Shown: positions 51,501 to 64,000, numbered from the stretch's first letter. The stretch: 64,000 nt of DNA from Anthoceros angustus (GCA_010909165.1 MU008158.1:2629478-2693477), one strand, 5' to 3'. Translations and numbers: made by a program. The notes: generated by a model not told the origin, from the sequence alone.

Positions 51501-52000
51501 TTTGAGCAGACACGGTATATAGTCTGCGGTGTCGAGGTGGGCCGAGGTTGCGCTGTCGGGTGGTGGATATCGCCGCTCCGGTCGCGATGTCGAGCTCGGA
51601 CATGCCGGTCCACATGTGCCAATTTGCTCCTGGTCTCGCTGCGCCGTTCGAGTCCATCCGGATCAAACAAGTAAAGGTCTCCATCACTTGCGGCGTCCAA
51701 CGTATCACCCACAAGTCGGTTTGATCCAAATCCGATGCGTGTCCGGGTCTTGAGCTTGACCGCCTTTCACCGGACGTCCGGGGTTTACAGGGTCGCGTCT
51801 TGAATGTCGACCACGTGGGAATTTGACACATTGCCTAGTGGACCCCATGCCTAGCATCTGCTGCGGCCTCGCCAAGTCCACGATATCACGACTCAGACAC
51901 ATGGCCGATGTCTTCATCAGCAGTCACTAGTCTGTCGTTCACCAAATCAAAGAACTCCTCCTCTGCATTGAGATCGCTTGCCATTGCTCGTGACTAGAGA
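48600..52000 (-). mobile_element. Frameshifted DUF7869-type putative DDE transposase, copy 2 (diverged paralogue)
   Basis: The minus strand reads GIAIDGMDQKKTELPHF (50131-50182), FHVVGVLVF, LQMDNTA (49930-49950), MLVDRGIFKKVKLGFLIVGHTHD-IDQMFS (49812-49900). N-terminal VLRKSTINLV and DPIALFGD parallel LVRRSTLLIL and GPGSLFGD in copy 1. Confidence 0.75.
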
Positions 52001-55000
52001 AAACGCAATTGTTGAGAACGCCGTGTGCTCGAGGAGGGAGACCCGTAGCATTGCCCCAGTTCAGCATCATGTATAGATGCCTCGGTTGCAGGACCGCATT
52101 GATTATTGACAACTAGGACGGATATCTACTTTGCGGCTACAAATCATGGCAGTTGAGGATCGTTAAATGCCTTCACAGATTGCGAGAATCGAGGAGCCTG
52201 AGATTTTGCACAAGGCAAAATGAGTTTTGCCAGGCGGCATATTCCATAAAATATGCTTTATTCTTTGTTTAGCCGGTTGTGTCCACATTACGGCGAAACA
52301 TGGCGAGGAGCGGTTGACTACGGTGCATCAACCCAAATTTGCGATTCCGGCTCATTTGGCGGGTGACTTGGCGTAGTGGGAGAGTCCGGGCACTCCCGGT
52401 CCTCCACTATAGCGGCCACACTTATCCAACCGTCGTTGGGTTTCGTCCCATGAGACTTGTGTGAAAGTTCGAGGCCTTGTGATGCCCAATCGCTACTGCA
52501 CACTTCTGCCTTCTAAACAAGCAAGGCGCCCTCTCTCCCTCTCAGTGCACCACTTGCTTGCCGAAAATCGCCAACTCGACCCTGGCGACACAATTGCAGG
52601 TCACCTCGTGACGAGCCTACCACAGGCGCCCGAGGACCCCCCAGTTCACCGATTCGTCCCTACTTCTAAGACCAAACTTGACCTAGCGACACAACACAAT
52701 TGCGGTCACCTCGTGACAAGGAGCCTACCACGGGCGCCGGGGACCCCAGTTCACACCGCGATTTCGTCCCTACTTACCAAACTTCTCCACTCGGGGCGCT
52801 CTTTTACTTGCATTTGGGATTCGTCCCTTAGGCTCTGCACAGTGGCCCACTAACTACACCTCTAATCCTCTACTCATCTTCTCATCTCCTCATCCTCTTC
52901 CTCCTATTCTAACCTCGATTCGGGCTTCTTGGTTTCGACTAGCCCTTACAGCTTGCACAGGGTCGCCTCCACCAGCAAGTTCTTCCTTGGGCGGTTGCTA
53001 TGAGTTTGACACCAGTGAGAACCTCCGAGTCTTTCACATAGTCTACCCTCAAGCCGAGAGTTCTCTGGGCACACACCCAAAGCAATTTTCACAACCATTC
53101 ACAAGCAACTCGTTTAGGCACTTGCGTGAGCAAGTCCTCCACCAAACACTCAGACCATGCGACTTCCTCTCTGCAGACGTGTTGGCTCCTGACATTCCTC
53201 TGTAATGGCAAAGGACTCGATGGCGTGGGCGCAAGACATGATACTTTACTGTGAAATCCTCCTCCTCTTATAGGAGGCCTTCCACATACCTCCCTTGGGT
53301 GACCCTCTGGGTCACCTTTTCCAATTTTCTATTATTTCCTACCGGACATTTAATGTCGGCACCTAAATCTATTATGCGATCCTTGGTAAATTCTATTCTA
53401 GTAACTTCACCTAAGACCATCCTTGAAGGATGTCGATCTACACCTATCCTTCCGTTCCCCAAAGCTCATTTATGGTCATTGACCATTCTTAGTCTTATCT
53501 TTTTGGGGTGGTGACATGGCCCTTGAGGATTGGCTCCCTCGCCCTCCTTTTGCTCTGTCCCTTCCCGGATCTTGTCGCCTTCCAATGTGTGGGGCAAGTA
53601 CCATCACCCCCTCCATCTCCGGGCGCGCCTAAATCTGTTATCTTCCATCGCGCTCCCGCGCACCTGGGCGCCTTTTCTCCGGCTTCCGCCGCTGGTCGCG
53701 CCCGTTCATCGGCACCCTACGCGGTAGTCAGCGGAAGGGTGGGCGACCTACCATGGTGATCGGTACCTATCTCCTTCTCTTCCTCCATCGGTGATGTCTC
53801 GGGGTGAGTTCCTTTTGCTCCTTCCTTCTTTTTGGTTTGTCCATACCTATCATGAGCATGTCTTAAAGAATCTTCTTCCCCATTCCATGTCTAACTGGGC
53901 CCTTGCGTTGGTCTCCTCCACAGCCTGGCTCCTCCCTTATCAGGTGGGCGGGAACTTCTCACCCTCCCCTTCCTCGGGTGGACCCGTCCTTAGTCTCCTC
54001 GGTGGGGTTGTCTCCCACCACCCCAAGCTCCTCCGGTATACTACGGACCCCGGCTCCTTCATCCTCGGCCGGGCCTCCTCAGATCTCCAGCCCCGGGCTG
54101 CCCTACCCGGTGAGTCGCGGACTACGGCGTGTCTTGTCTACCGGTGATCGCGGACTACCGTGGTAAGCTGGTCACCTGGTTGACCCCCGGAGGTGGGCTT
54201 TCCCCTCCTTGCTCTGCGCCACCTTCTACCTTTGGCGCTGGCCGCTCTCGTCTCCACTCCTCAGTTCCTCGGAGTCCATTTGATGGCCTCATCAAAATCG
54301 GAGGCCTCTGGCTGCACTTGCAGCTCCTTTGTCATCATCATGAGGACCCAATGTCCTCCTCTTGGCCAAGCAAGATCTCATTGTTGGCCTTCAAAATTCT
54401 ATTGTGGTGAGCCCCAAGCTATGATATTGCATTTGGAGATCATCAATCTCAGTGGGCCACTCTCCATCTTCACACCTACCTTTGTAGGCGTCCCTTGAGG
54501 TGGTCAATTCCCCACCTTGACATGGAGGTCACATTCTCCTCCTTGCTTCCTTGGTGGTGGCCAATTTTGCACGAAGGGCATAATCACCCAAAACCTTCGC
54601 TTCCTTACTACCGGCATTCTATGTACCACTTTCTTGTGGTACTCCTCCTCTGGACCTTTTCCTTCCAAGTCCTCTATTGAGCAAGCCCTTCCCTCTCACT
54701 TGCCAAGCATCTTCTCGCTCCGCTCCTGTATTCTTGGTTTTGAATTTCAGCTCGGGCGCTTCTCTTCCAAACTAAAGCTCTTCTCAACTCTTCCTTCATG
54801 TCCGGATCCGGATGGCTTGCGTAGCCATCCACATTCTTATCCATTTCTTGGACCGCTACCTTCTCCCTTCAAGCCTCTGTTTTGCCCTTTCGCTCTTGCT
54901 CTAATTGGGCAAAATGCTCCTCCATATACATCTCCATGAGTCTCGTTGGGTGGTTGCTCGGATGGCTCTTTCTTGGTTTGACCTCCCCTCAAGACCTTCT

Positions 55001-56586
55001 CCGCCCGGCCATCCCAGGTGTGGAGCTTCTCCTGACCTTTTCGGCAGCTGCCTTCTCGTCGGACTCCATGGCCTCCAATTGCCATTTGGTCCTGCCTTCC
55101 TCCGGCCATGTCTTGAGATTTCACTTCTTCTTGATGCCCACAAGGCTGTCTCTTCTTTCAAATCCACCGGTGAGTGCTTCACAAGCACCGGCAATTCTCC
55201 TAGGGTCCTAATTCCACCCCTTCTTCTTCTTCTTTGGAAATCTCCAGCTCTCACACACCTCTCGGGCCATCGCGCGTGTGGCCCCTTCACCCGCTCCATC
55301 CGCTCTCCCACCCAGAGGGGTGGTGCGCCGCTCGCGGCACCTCATGCTTCTCCTTCCCTTCCACCCCCGTGACTGTTTTGCTGGCGTGGGTGCACTACCT
55401 GGTGGTGCTCCCCCGATAGTGCCTACCTACCATGGTGGGTGGCCTATGATGGCTGCCCACCCCCTTGGGTGGCGCCTCCCCTCCGGGTGATCAGGGGTGC
55501 CTCTCTGGCACAAAGGAGATGGTGGGGACTCCCCCACGGGGTTGTCACCCCCTTGGTCCTTCTCTCATAGACCACCATCAGGCCTTCTTGGCGCTTCTTG
55601 CTCTTCTTCCCTTGCTTGCTCCTGAAGGAAAGGTTCCCATTAAGCACCTTTATTTGCCTCACTCTCCCCTCTTGCCTCTATTGTGGAAGTCAGGGACCTT
55701 GGCCAGGGGGATATCATGTAGGAAGCGTACAACACCTGACTCCTCAGCCAAATTGGGGTGGATGAGGAAGGGACCAAGGCCAGCATCTTAGCACCTATTT
55801 GGTGCATTTGTAGGTTGGACTCCTACAGGGCTTGAGAGATTGATGGCATCCCTTTGGGGTCATCCATGCCAGAGAAGGCCTGCCTTTTGCATTGCAAGAC
55901 GGTGGGAGGTGACCTCCACCAAAATCTTGGCAAGAGGGGAGGTTGGTCGTTGAATGAATTTCTTTACCGGGCAAACAAAATTTCACAGGCGAATCGGATG
56001 GCAGGCAGGCAGGAAAGCCCTTGGGGTCTTGAGCGTGCATATTGGGGGATCACCCATCCTCATTGTGATTAGGTTTGATTTAGGCTTTTTTATAATGCTG
56101 ATTTGTATGTATCGTGTGTTTTTGATTTTGGTGGTTGGCATGTACGAGAAGTTAAATGTAACTTTTGTGCGTTAGGCTCATATATAATCGAGCGGATAAG
56201 TTTCGCCCCTTTCCGTATCGGTGAGCTGCAGACCAGGCGGTGCTCGAGTGAGGCGCGGTTCGTTCCTCCCCTCCTTTGGTCCCGTCGCCCTGTAGTCTGT
56301 GGTCTATCCGTAGTGCCGGACTACGGGGTAGTCGCCTGCTTGGTGGCGGTCTTGTTCTGCTCCTCTTCGTGCGCCTGAACACGCGTCTCCGGAGGCCATG
56401 GTGAGTCATCCCTCACCTTCCTCCGTTTCCTTTCCTCATCGCCGCCGTTTTCCATGATCGTCCTTTCTCGCGGCGGGCACAGTGGTTACCACGGCCACCA
56501 TCAACCTTTCATCCGCTTATTTCTCCCTCGTATCCTTCCTCCACGATACGGCGTCTGCCAGATCCCTCGAGAATCGTACTCCACCT

Positions 56587-58000
56587 TCAACACGGTGTTG
56601 TATTCGTTTCGGTGTTGGGTCGTGCCTCTTCAGCTGCGAGCTCCGTAAACGACTCACAGTGGTCTGGTGTCACTCGCGTCACCCGTGCATCTGGGGTCCC
56701 CATTTTATGTCCCAATTCCTTACATACGGCAAGGGTACATAACCTACTTGCTTCCGTGGTTACGGGCATTCGTTGAGTAGTGTCACGGGGCTCCGCAATT
56801 ATGACACACAGAATTGCCATCGTCATTGTGTGGATCGGTCTCCATTGTCCCGGCGATGTCGGACGTGAGCCATACCTTGAGGGAACTGGTGCAGTCGGCT
56901 GGTAAGTCGCTCTCATTGATTGAGGTGGTCGGCTTCCAGTGACCGCTTGTACCTGGTACGCCTCGTCCACGTACCAATAATCTCCTGGCATAACGGTTTC
57001 CACATGATTTACGGCGTGTCGCGGTGCACGAATACATTCTCGGTTGGTGTGTCCCGTTTGATGACAGATCGAGCAATACACCAACTGCCTCGCGGGCGAA
57101 GGAGATCTTCGTGGAGCTTGATTCTTCACTGCCTTGACCTCCAACTCGGTCAACCGCTTGGTCAAAGCCTCCACTTGTCCAGCAATCCCTCCTCCTGCTG
57201 CAGACGTTTCTCCCTTCTCCATCCGGCGGACCGTCTTCCCTTTCCTCTCCTTCTCCAATGCGCGTTCCGCCTCCTCTTGTCGTTTTTTGACCTTCTCGGG
57301 TCCTTCCTCATTCGTCGTAGGCCTTCTCGATTCCTCATCCGATGTGGAGCCTTCGAGTTCATTGTCCTCACTTTCGATGTGGAAGAGGCGAGCTAGGAGG
57401 TAGAGGAAGGCGAGGCTAGATCTCCTCGATCCTTTTCTCTTCTTATGACTCGCCTCTTCTTCCTCCTTCTCCCACTCGGCGACTCCCATTCCTCGGCTAA
57501 GCGGAGGCCCCAGAACGTCTTCGTTCGCGCTGCGGTGTACCTCCATTTTTCGTGACAAGCCACTCACAAACCAATCCAAGCTTGTTCTTGTAGTGAGTGG
57601 GTGGCCCTCTGTGCACATTTGAACCGATCCGGATATCCATAAAACCTCTCCACATAATCGAACAACGACTCTCGTTTCTTCCTTGGAGGGTTCTCAACTT
57701 GGCCAAGGTGTGGTGTGCGTGGCGAGCCCTCGGAACCGATTCAAGAAGGCGCCTTAAGAGCTTCCCAATGGCGCCACGATTATATGTGCGACCATACCCT
57801 TTGGCATGCCCTCTCGGATCCGGAAGATGCGATCGCTCGGCGACTCCATCCTCTAAATTGCGTGGGAGGCGTGCTCGAAAGTCTACGCCTCCGCATCATC
57901 TCCCTTTTTCTTCGCGAATTTGGCGTATTCTTTGGCGACTATGAAGTTGGTCCTCCTCCTCCACCAACTCCACTCATGTTGCTCGTTCGGAGTGTCCGCT
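56587..58000 (-). pseudogene. Gypsy gag with two CCHC zinc knuckles
   Basis: KEYAKF..KKGDDAEA, W..LK..FL.RF, LRTLQGRNES..DYVERF, LDWFVSGL, CSICHQTGHTNREC and CHNCGAPGHYSTNC. Confidence 0.85.
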
Positions 58001-58726
58001 GGACCAACACTCCTCTCGGGGGTAACGAAACAAATCGGGATCCTTGAGCACGAAAATCTTCTACCAGGGAGTAGCGACCTCCCCTCTGGTTAAGATCCCA
58101 ATCGATCGGCGATTCGATCGAGTCGTTCCGCCAAATCCTCCGACCAAGCATGAAACTCCCGCTCGGCGACCGTCGTCCTTTCGATTCGTGGAAGATGAGG
58201 TGGTGCCACCGCTTTGAGAAGCAAAGCGTCGCGGGCGTTCGCGGCGGTTGTGCAACTTCGTGCTCGGGAGGCGCCCTTCCTAAATCACGGACACCGGCTT
58301 CTCTTTCGACCTCCTTCCTCTCGGCCGGTGATCTCGCCTCTTCTTCCTCCTTCTCCCTATCGTCGTTCCGCACCTCGTGCCTTAGTCACGGCGACTTCCT
58401 CGCGTCATTCGTGTCTCTACTTCCTCCGCTGCCTCAGTGGCGGCGGTAGCGGTCTCTTCCCTTAGGTTTCTTCGTAGCTCGTAAATCTCTTGATGTGGTG
58501 GTGACCTTCCGTGTATCTCCCGAGATCGACCCCTATCGACATCGCAACCATCCTCATGTCCTCCAACCCACGGTGTTAAGAGGAAAGCAAATCACACCCG
58601 TTTAGTGTCTCAACCATTCACCCTATGACACTTAGGCGTGAAATTCTTCTCACCCTATGGTGACTCCGGTCCCTTTGAAATACTCTGACTAGCGATGGAA
58701 ACCACAAAACTTCAACTTCAACAACA

Positions 58727-58749
58727 AATCCCGACAGCAGCGCCAAAAA
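58727..58749 (-). promoter_or_regulatory. Primer-binding site of Gypsy unit 1 (Athila-like TGGCGC..., tRNA-Asp-type by similarity)
   Basis: The minus strand reads ...ctaccaca|tttttggcgctgctgtcgggat directly after the LTR CA end. Confidence 0.65.
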
Positions 58750-59627
58750 TGTGGTAGGGAGAATCCGGGGCACTCCGGTCCTCCCACTATAAGCGGCACA
58801 CTTATCCCAGCCGTCGTTGGGTTTCGTCCCATGAGACTTGTGTGAAAGTTCGAGGCCTTGTGGTCACCAATCGCTACTGCACAACTCTCGACCTTCTACA
58901 AGCAAGGCGCCTCTACTCTCCCTCTCACAGTGCACCACCTTTGCTCAAAATCGCCAACCTCGACCCACAACGAACAATTGCGGGTCACCTCGGCAGGCCT
59001 ACCAGGCGGGGACCCCAGTTCACGCGATTTCGTCCCTACTTCTAAGACCAAACGACCTACACAACACAATTGCGGTCACCTCGTGACAGAGCCTACCACG
59101 GCGCCGGGGACCCGTTCACACCGATTCGTCCCTACTTCTAAGACCAAACTTCTCCACTCGGGCGCTCTTTTACTTGGTTGGGATTCGTCCCTTAGGCTCT
59201 GCACACGCCCACTAACACCTACACCTCTAATCCTCTACTCATCTTCTCATCTCCTCTTCCTCCTATTCTAACCTCGATTCGGGCTTCTTGGTTTCGACTG
59301 CCCTTACGGCTGGCACAGGTCCGCCTCCACCAGCAAGTTCTTCCTTGGGCGGTTGCTATGAGTTTGACAGCAGAGAACCTCCGAGTCTTTCCACGTAGTC
59401 TACCCTCAAAGAGTTCTGCATTTGCCACACACCCAAAGCAAAGCAATTTCACGGCAACCATTCACAAGGGAGCAACTCGTTTAGGCACTTGCAGAGCAAG
59501 TCCTCCACCAAGCACTCACCATGACTTCCTCTCTACGGAATGTGTTGGCTCACCGGCCACGAAATTCCTGTAATGGCAAAGGACTCGATGAGCGTGGGCG
59601 CAAGACATGATACTTTACTTTGTGAAA

Positions 59628-62600
59628 TCCTCCTCCTCTTATAGGAGGCCTTCCCTCCCTTGGGTGACCCTCTGCGGGTCACCTTTTCCAATTTTCTATT
59701 TCCTACCGACATTTAATGTCGGCACCTAAATCTATTATGCATCCTTGGTAAATTCTATTCTAGTAACTTCACCTAAGACCATCCTTGAAGGATGTCGTCT
59801 ACACCACCTATCCTTCCGTTCCCCAAAGCTCATTTATGGTCATTGACCATTCTTAGTCTTATCTTATTTGGTGACATGGTCCCTTGGGGATTGGCTCCCT
59901 CGCCCTCCTTTTGCTCTGTCCCTTCCCGGATCTTCGCCTTGAATGTGTGGGGCAAGTACCATCCCCCTTCCTCCATCTCAGCGCCTAAATCTATCTTCCA
60001 TCGGTCGCGCCCCTCCCGCGCGCCTGGCGCCTTTTCTCCGCCTCCTGGTCGCGCCCGTTCATCGGCACCCTACCGCGGTAGTCGGCGGACTCTGGTTGAC
60101 CTACCATGGTAGTCGGTACCTATCTCCTTCCTCTTCCTCGCCGGTGATGTCTTGGGTGAGATCCTTTTGCTCCTTTTTCTGTTTGGTTTGTCCATACCTA
60201 TCCTAGAGCATGTCTTAAAGAATCTTCCCCATTTCCAATGCTAACTCTCGGGCCTTCTTTCGTTGGTCTCCTCTCGGGCCCGGCTCCTCCCTTATCGTGG
60301 CGGGGAACTTCTCCTCCCTTCCTCGCCAGGTGGGACCCGTCCTTAGTCTCCTCCGGTGGGGTTGTCTCTCCCACCACCCCAGCTGCTCCTCCAGGGGTAT
60401 ACTACGGACCCCGGCTCCTTCATCCTCGGCCGGGCCTCGCGGCCGACTCTAACAGCTCCGCGCCCTACCGGTGGTCTGGCGGACTACGGCGTGTGTCTGT
60501 CCACGGTAGTCAGCGGACTACGTGGTAGTGGTCACCACCGTGGTAGGTTGACCCCGGAGGTGGGCTTTCCCCTCCTTGCTCTCTGCGCCACCTTCTACCT
60601 TTGGCGCTCACGGCTCCTCTCGACTCCTCAGTTCCTCGGAGTCCATTTCATGATGGCCTCATCAAAATCGGGCCTCACAGGCACTTTGCGGCTCCTTCTG
60701 TCATCATGAGGACCCAATGTCCTCCTCTTGGCCAAGCGTAAGATCTCATTGTTGGCCTTCAAAATTCTATTGTGGAGGTGAGCCCCAAGCTATGATATTG
60801 CATTTGGAGATCATCAATCTCGTGGGCCACTCTCCATCTTCACACCTACCTTTGTAGGCGTCCCTTGAGGTGGTCAATTCCCCCACCTTGACATGGAGGT
60901 CACATTCTCCTCCCTTGCTTCCTTATTTGGTGGCCAATTTTGCACGAAGGGCATAATCGCCAAAACCGCTTCCTACCCGGCATTCTATGTACCACTTCTT
61001 GTGGCGCTCCTCCTCTGGACCTTTTCCTTCCAAGTCCTCTGCTTGAGCAAGCCCTTCCCTCTCGCTTGCCAAGCATTCTCGCGCTCCGGCTCCTTTCTTG
61101 GTTTTGAATTTCGCTCGGGCGCTTCTCTTCCAAACTAAAGGGTCTTCTCAACTCTTCCTTCATGTCCGGATGATGGCTTGCGTAGCCATCACTTCTTCGT
61201 CCATTTCTTTGGACGCTACCTTCTCTCCTAGAGAGCCTCTGTTTTGCCCTTCGCTCTTGCTCTAATTGGGCAAAATGCTCCTCTTACATCTCCATGATCC
61301 GTTGGGTGGTTGCTCGAATGGCTCTTTCTTGGTTTTGACAACCTCCCTCAAGACCTTCTCCGCGCGATCCATGAGGTCGTTGGAGCTTCTCCACCTTTTC
61401 CAGCTCGGACTCCATGGCCTCCAATTGCCATTTGGTCCCTGCCTTCCTCCATGTCTTGAGATTTCACTTCCTCTTGGCATGCCCACAAGGAGTGCTAGTC
61501 TCTAGCCTTCAAATCCACCGGTGAGTGCTTCACAAGCACCAATTCTCCTAGGGGTCCTAATTCCACCCCTTCTTTCTTCTTTGAAATCTCCAGCTCTCCT
61601 GCACCTCTCGGGCCATCGCGCGCCTTGGTCCCTTCAGTCGCTCCATCCGCTCTCCCACAGTAGCGGGAGATGGTGGCCTCGGCGCCGCTCGCGGCTCTCG
61701 CGCTTCTCCTTCCCTTCCACGTGGTCTGCGGCGTGGGGTGCCGCCCCACCTGTGGTGCTCCCCTGGTGGTAGCCTACCTACCATGGTGGTGGCGCCTACC
61801 AGTGTGCCCACCCCTTGGGTGGCGCCCTCTGGAGTAGTCGGGGTGCCTCTCTTGAGGCACAAAGGAGATGGTGGGGACTCCCCACTCGGGGTTGTCACCC
61901 CTCCTGTGGTCCTTCTCTCATAGACCACCATCGGCCTTCTTCCTCGGCTTCTTGCTCTTCTTCCCTTGCTTGCTCACAGTGGGGAAAGGATTCCCACTCA
62001 GCAACTTTGTTGCCTCGAACCTCTCCTCTTGCCTCTAGCATTTTGTGGAGGTCGACCTCCCACCGTCTTCGCAATGCAAAGGCAAAGGCCTTTCCAACCT
62101 CGGTGGAGATGGATGACCTCAAAGGGATGCCATGCATCTTCAAGCTCCTTGCTTGTGAGAGTCCCTCGGTTTCCCATAAATGCACCAAATAGGTGCTAAG
62201 ATAGCAGCCTTGGTCCTTCCTCATCCACAATTTGGCTTGAGGAGCTTCTCTCGATGGTGTATACGCTTCATACATGATAGTCCCCAATCGGCTTGGCTCC
62301 CGAAATCTTCCACAAAAATTGGAGGAAGTTGGTGCTGAAATAAGAGTGCGTTGGTAATTTACCAACGGCACAATCTTTGCGAAGAGCCTCCACTTGACTC
62401 CTTGATGCTCTCGGTCTTCCGGCCATTCTTGGCGTGGGCCTTCACTCCTCCATCCATCATGTAACTCTGCGGGATGTCGGGAGGCTGTCCTCTTCCTCCA
62501 TTCAACCTTTCGAGGAGAGCAATTCGAGCTCTCTTCCTCCGGTCTTCCATACACTGTCGAATACTTCTCACGGTCCAGCGGGATCATCTAGCATTCCTTC

Positions 62601-64000
62601 GGCGGCGGCTTGATTGATGGAGGTTGATGTAACACTCCTCAATCAATTCCAAATTGGTGTAGGCCCATTGGCGGCCATACACCCATCCTGTGGATGTTCT
62701 CCTCCTCCGCCTTGAAATCAACCAAATCTCGGGGTTGGCTGACAAAGCAAGTGAATTGGGGCATCACAAGTTCACCTCCCACGGCGGCGCGCCCTCTTTC
62801 TTTCTTCCTTTCCTCTCGCGAGGAGCCCTTGCAGGCGGCTCCTTCCCTTTTCCAGCTCGAGGCATGGCACCTTCCTTACTCCTGCTCTAGCAAGAGGATT
62901 ACTTCCCAATTTCAGCGTTGTGTGCTCCAAACTTCCTCAACTCCTTTTCTTCGGTGACTCCGACACAGCACAAACACGTTAGCCACTGTCTTGAGCCTCC
63001 AGGCTGCTGCTTCTCCTTGATTTCTTCTCCAGGCCGGCAGGTGTCGATTTTCCTCCTTCTACTCTCTTTTCCCACCTTGCTTCCGGTGCTCAACTCCGCT
63101 CTGCGGTGGCTCCTTCAATGTGTCTCTTTTCCGGTTGAAGAGCTTCTTGGTGCCACGGCGTCTTCTTGCGCCTCCTCTTTCTTTTCCCGCTGGTCTTCTC
63201 CTTTCCTTGCCGCCTTCCTCTCGTGGGTGTGCAGCGGCATGGCGCTTCTCCTTCGCTTCTTTGCGCTCCGCTCCGGTCTCGATCTCTTGGGGCGAGTTCT
63301 TAGCTCGAAGGAAGTTACGCCCCAAAGCGCACTTTGCCCTTTGGATGGCGCCACACGGCCACACAACCCTAGATTTGTCATCATTCCAAAATCCTAATCT
63401 ATCTATAATACCTATTTTCCTACTCTAATTAATCTCACTAATATATTTATCCTATTGATGAGCATATATAGTGGATATCCCCTATTCTAATTTCCTTTTT
63501 GCGAGATTCGTCGACCTACCACGGTGATGCCTTGACCTACTGGTAGTGTGGCTCGGCGTGATACTGACCTACCGCCCTTGCCTTCTTCTCTCGGCCATTT
63601 CGACCCGTTTCTTTCCTCACGGGATATCCTTTTGCCTTCCTAATATCCTACAACTCCAGCTTCGATTCTTGAGAAAATTTCTGGCATGCTCCTCTTCAAT
63701 CGTTCCAAAAAAAATCAAACTTGTTTCTTGAACTCTTTTGGGTGGTTGCCCAAACTTTTCGTTCCACATTGCTGCGGTGGAGATCGTCTGAGTCATGGCA
63801 AACACGAGCCATCCACCGTCGTGGTACGGAAAAGCGAGTTTACGCGAAAATATTGCGAGATGCATATAGCGGGCGCAAATGTTCACTCAAGTATTTTGGT
63901 AGCATGGTGGTATTCGACCACTTCCATATCGGGAGGTTCATATCGCCGTCGGTCGGTGGCGAGGATCATCGGCGCTTCATCCTCCTTTGGTTGTCCGGTG
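59628..64000 (-). mobile_element. Gypsy unit 2: 3' internal region of a related element whose 3' LTR is the 58750-59627 LTR; runs off the window
   Basis: 59628-62060 is collinear and homologous with 53257-55690, including the PPT at 59628-59640. It has additional ORF-like sequence at 62240-63370. Confidence 0.8.

Larger units (their letters stand above)
52369..59627 (-). mobile_element. Ty3/Gypsy (Athila/Tat-like) element unit 1: LTR - gag - no recognisable pol - 3' region - LTR
   Basis: Homologous LTRs at ~52369-53256 and 58750-~59627. PBS-like tttttggcgctgctgtcggg lies immediately inside the 58750 LTR (minus strand), and purine tract aagaggaggagga is at 53257-53269. Confidence 0.8.

Noticed and set aside
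63600-64000. Integrase C-terminal (GPY/F) fragment of Gypsy unit 2
   Set aside because: Only vague similarity and truncated by the window edge; not supportable.

Overview
This is plant nuclear DNA with short GT-AG introns and about 50% GC. It looks like a non-seed land plant or close streptophyte relative; a bryophyte such as a hornwort is plausible but cannot be proven from sequence alone. The window has two halves. Bases 1-25 kb form a compact gene island: an At2g33490-like BAR-fold protein, GTS1/WDR89 with an internal 1.26-kb tandem duplication, TOM20, a URGT nucleotide-sugar transporter, a MINPP1-like histidine acid phosphatase, a TEL1/terminal-ear-like MEI2-family RRM protein and DHFR-TS. 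Bases 25-64 kb are nested transposable elements. The most notable signal is a frameshifted minus-strand gene that appears to fuse a ParB/Srx-like domain (IGGNHS, ~36.0 kb) to a beta-class N6-adenine/N4-cytosine DNA methyltransferase (DLPY-like motif ~28.7 kb, motif I region ~28.2 kb). It is split by a ~6-kb retroelement remnant and lies next to a possible Ulp1-like ORF and a divergently oriented DUF7869-type DDE transposase, with a second diverged copy at 48.6-52 kb. Together these suggest a large cargo-carrying DNA transposon with its own methyltransferase. Also present: a full-length Copia element with non-canonical TA...TA LTR ends and a 5-bp TSD, and a tandem pair of Gypsy (Athila/Tat-like) units sharing one LTR, one of them gag-only. 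Repeats are riddled with 1-2-bp indels, suggesting unpolished long-read consensus error, so all frameshift-based reconstructions are manual and need verification. No tRNA, rRNA or CRISPR array was recognised.
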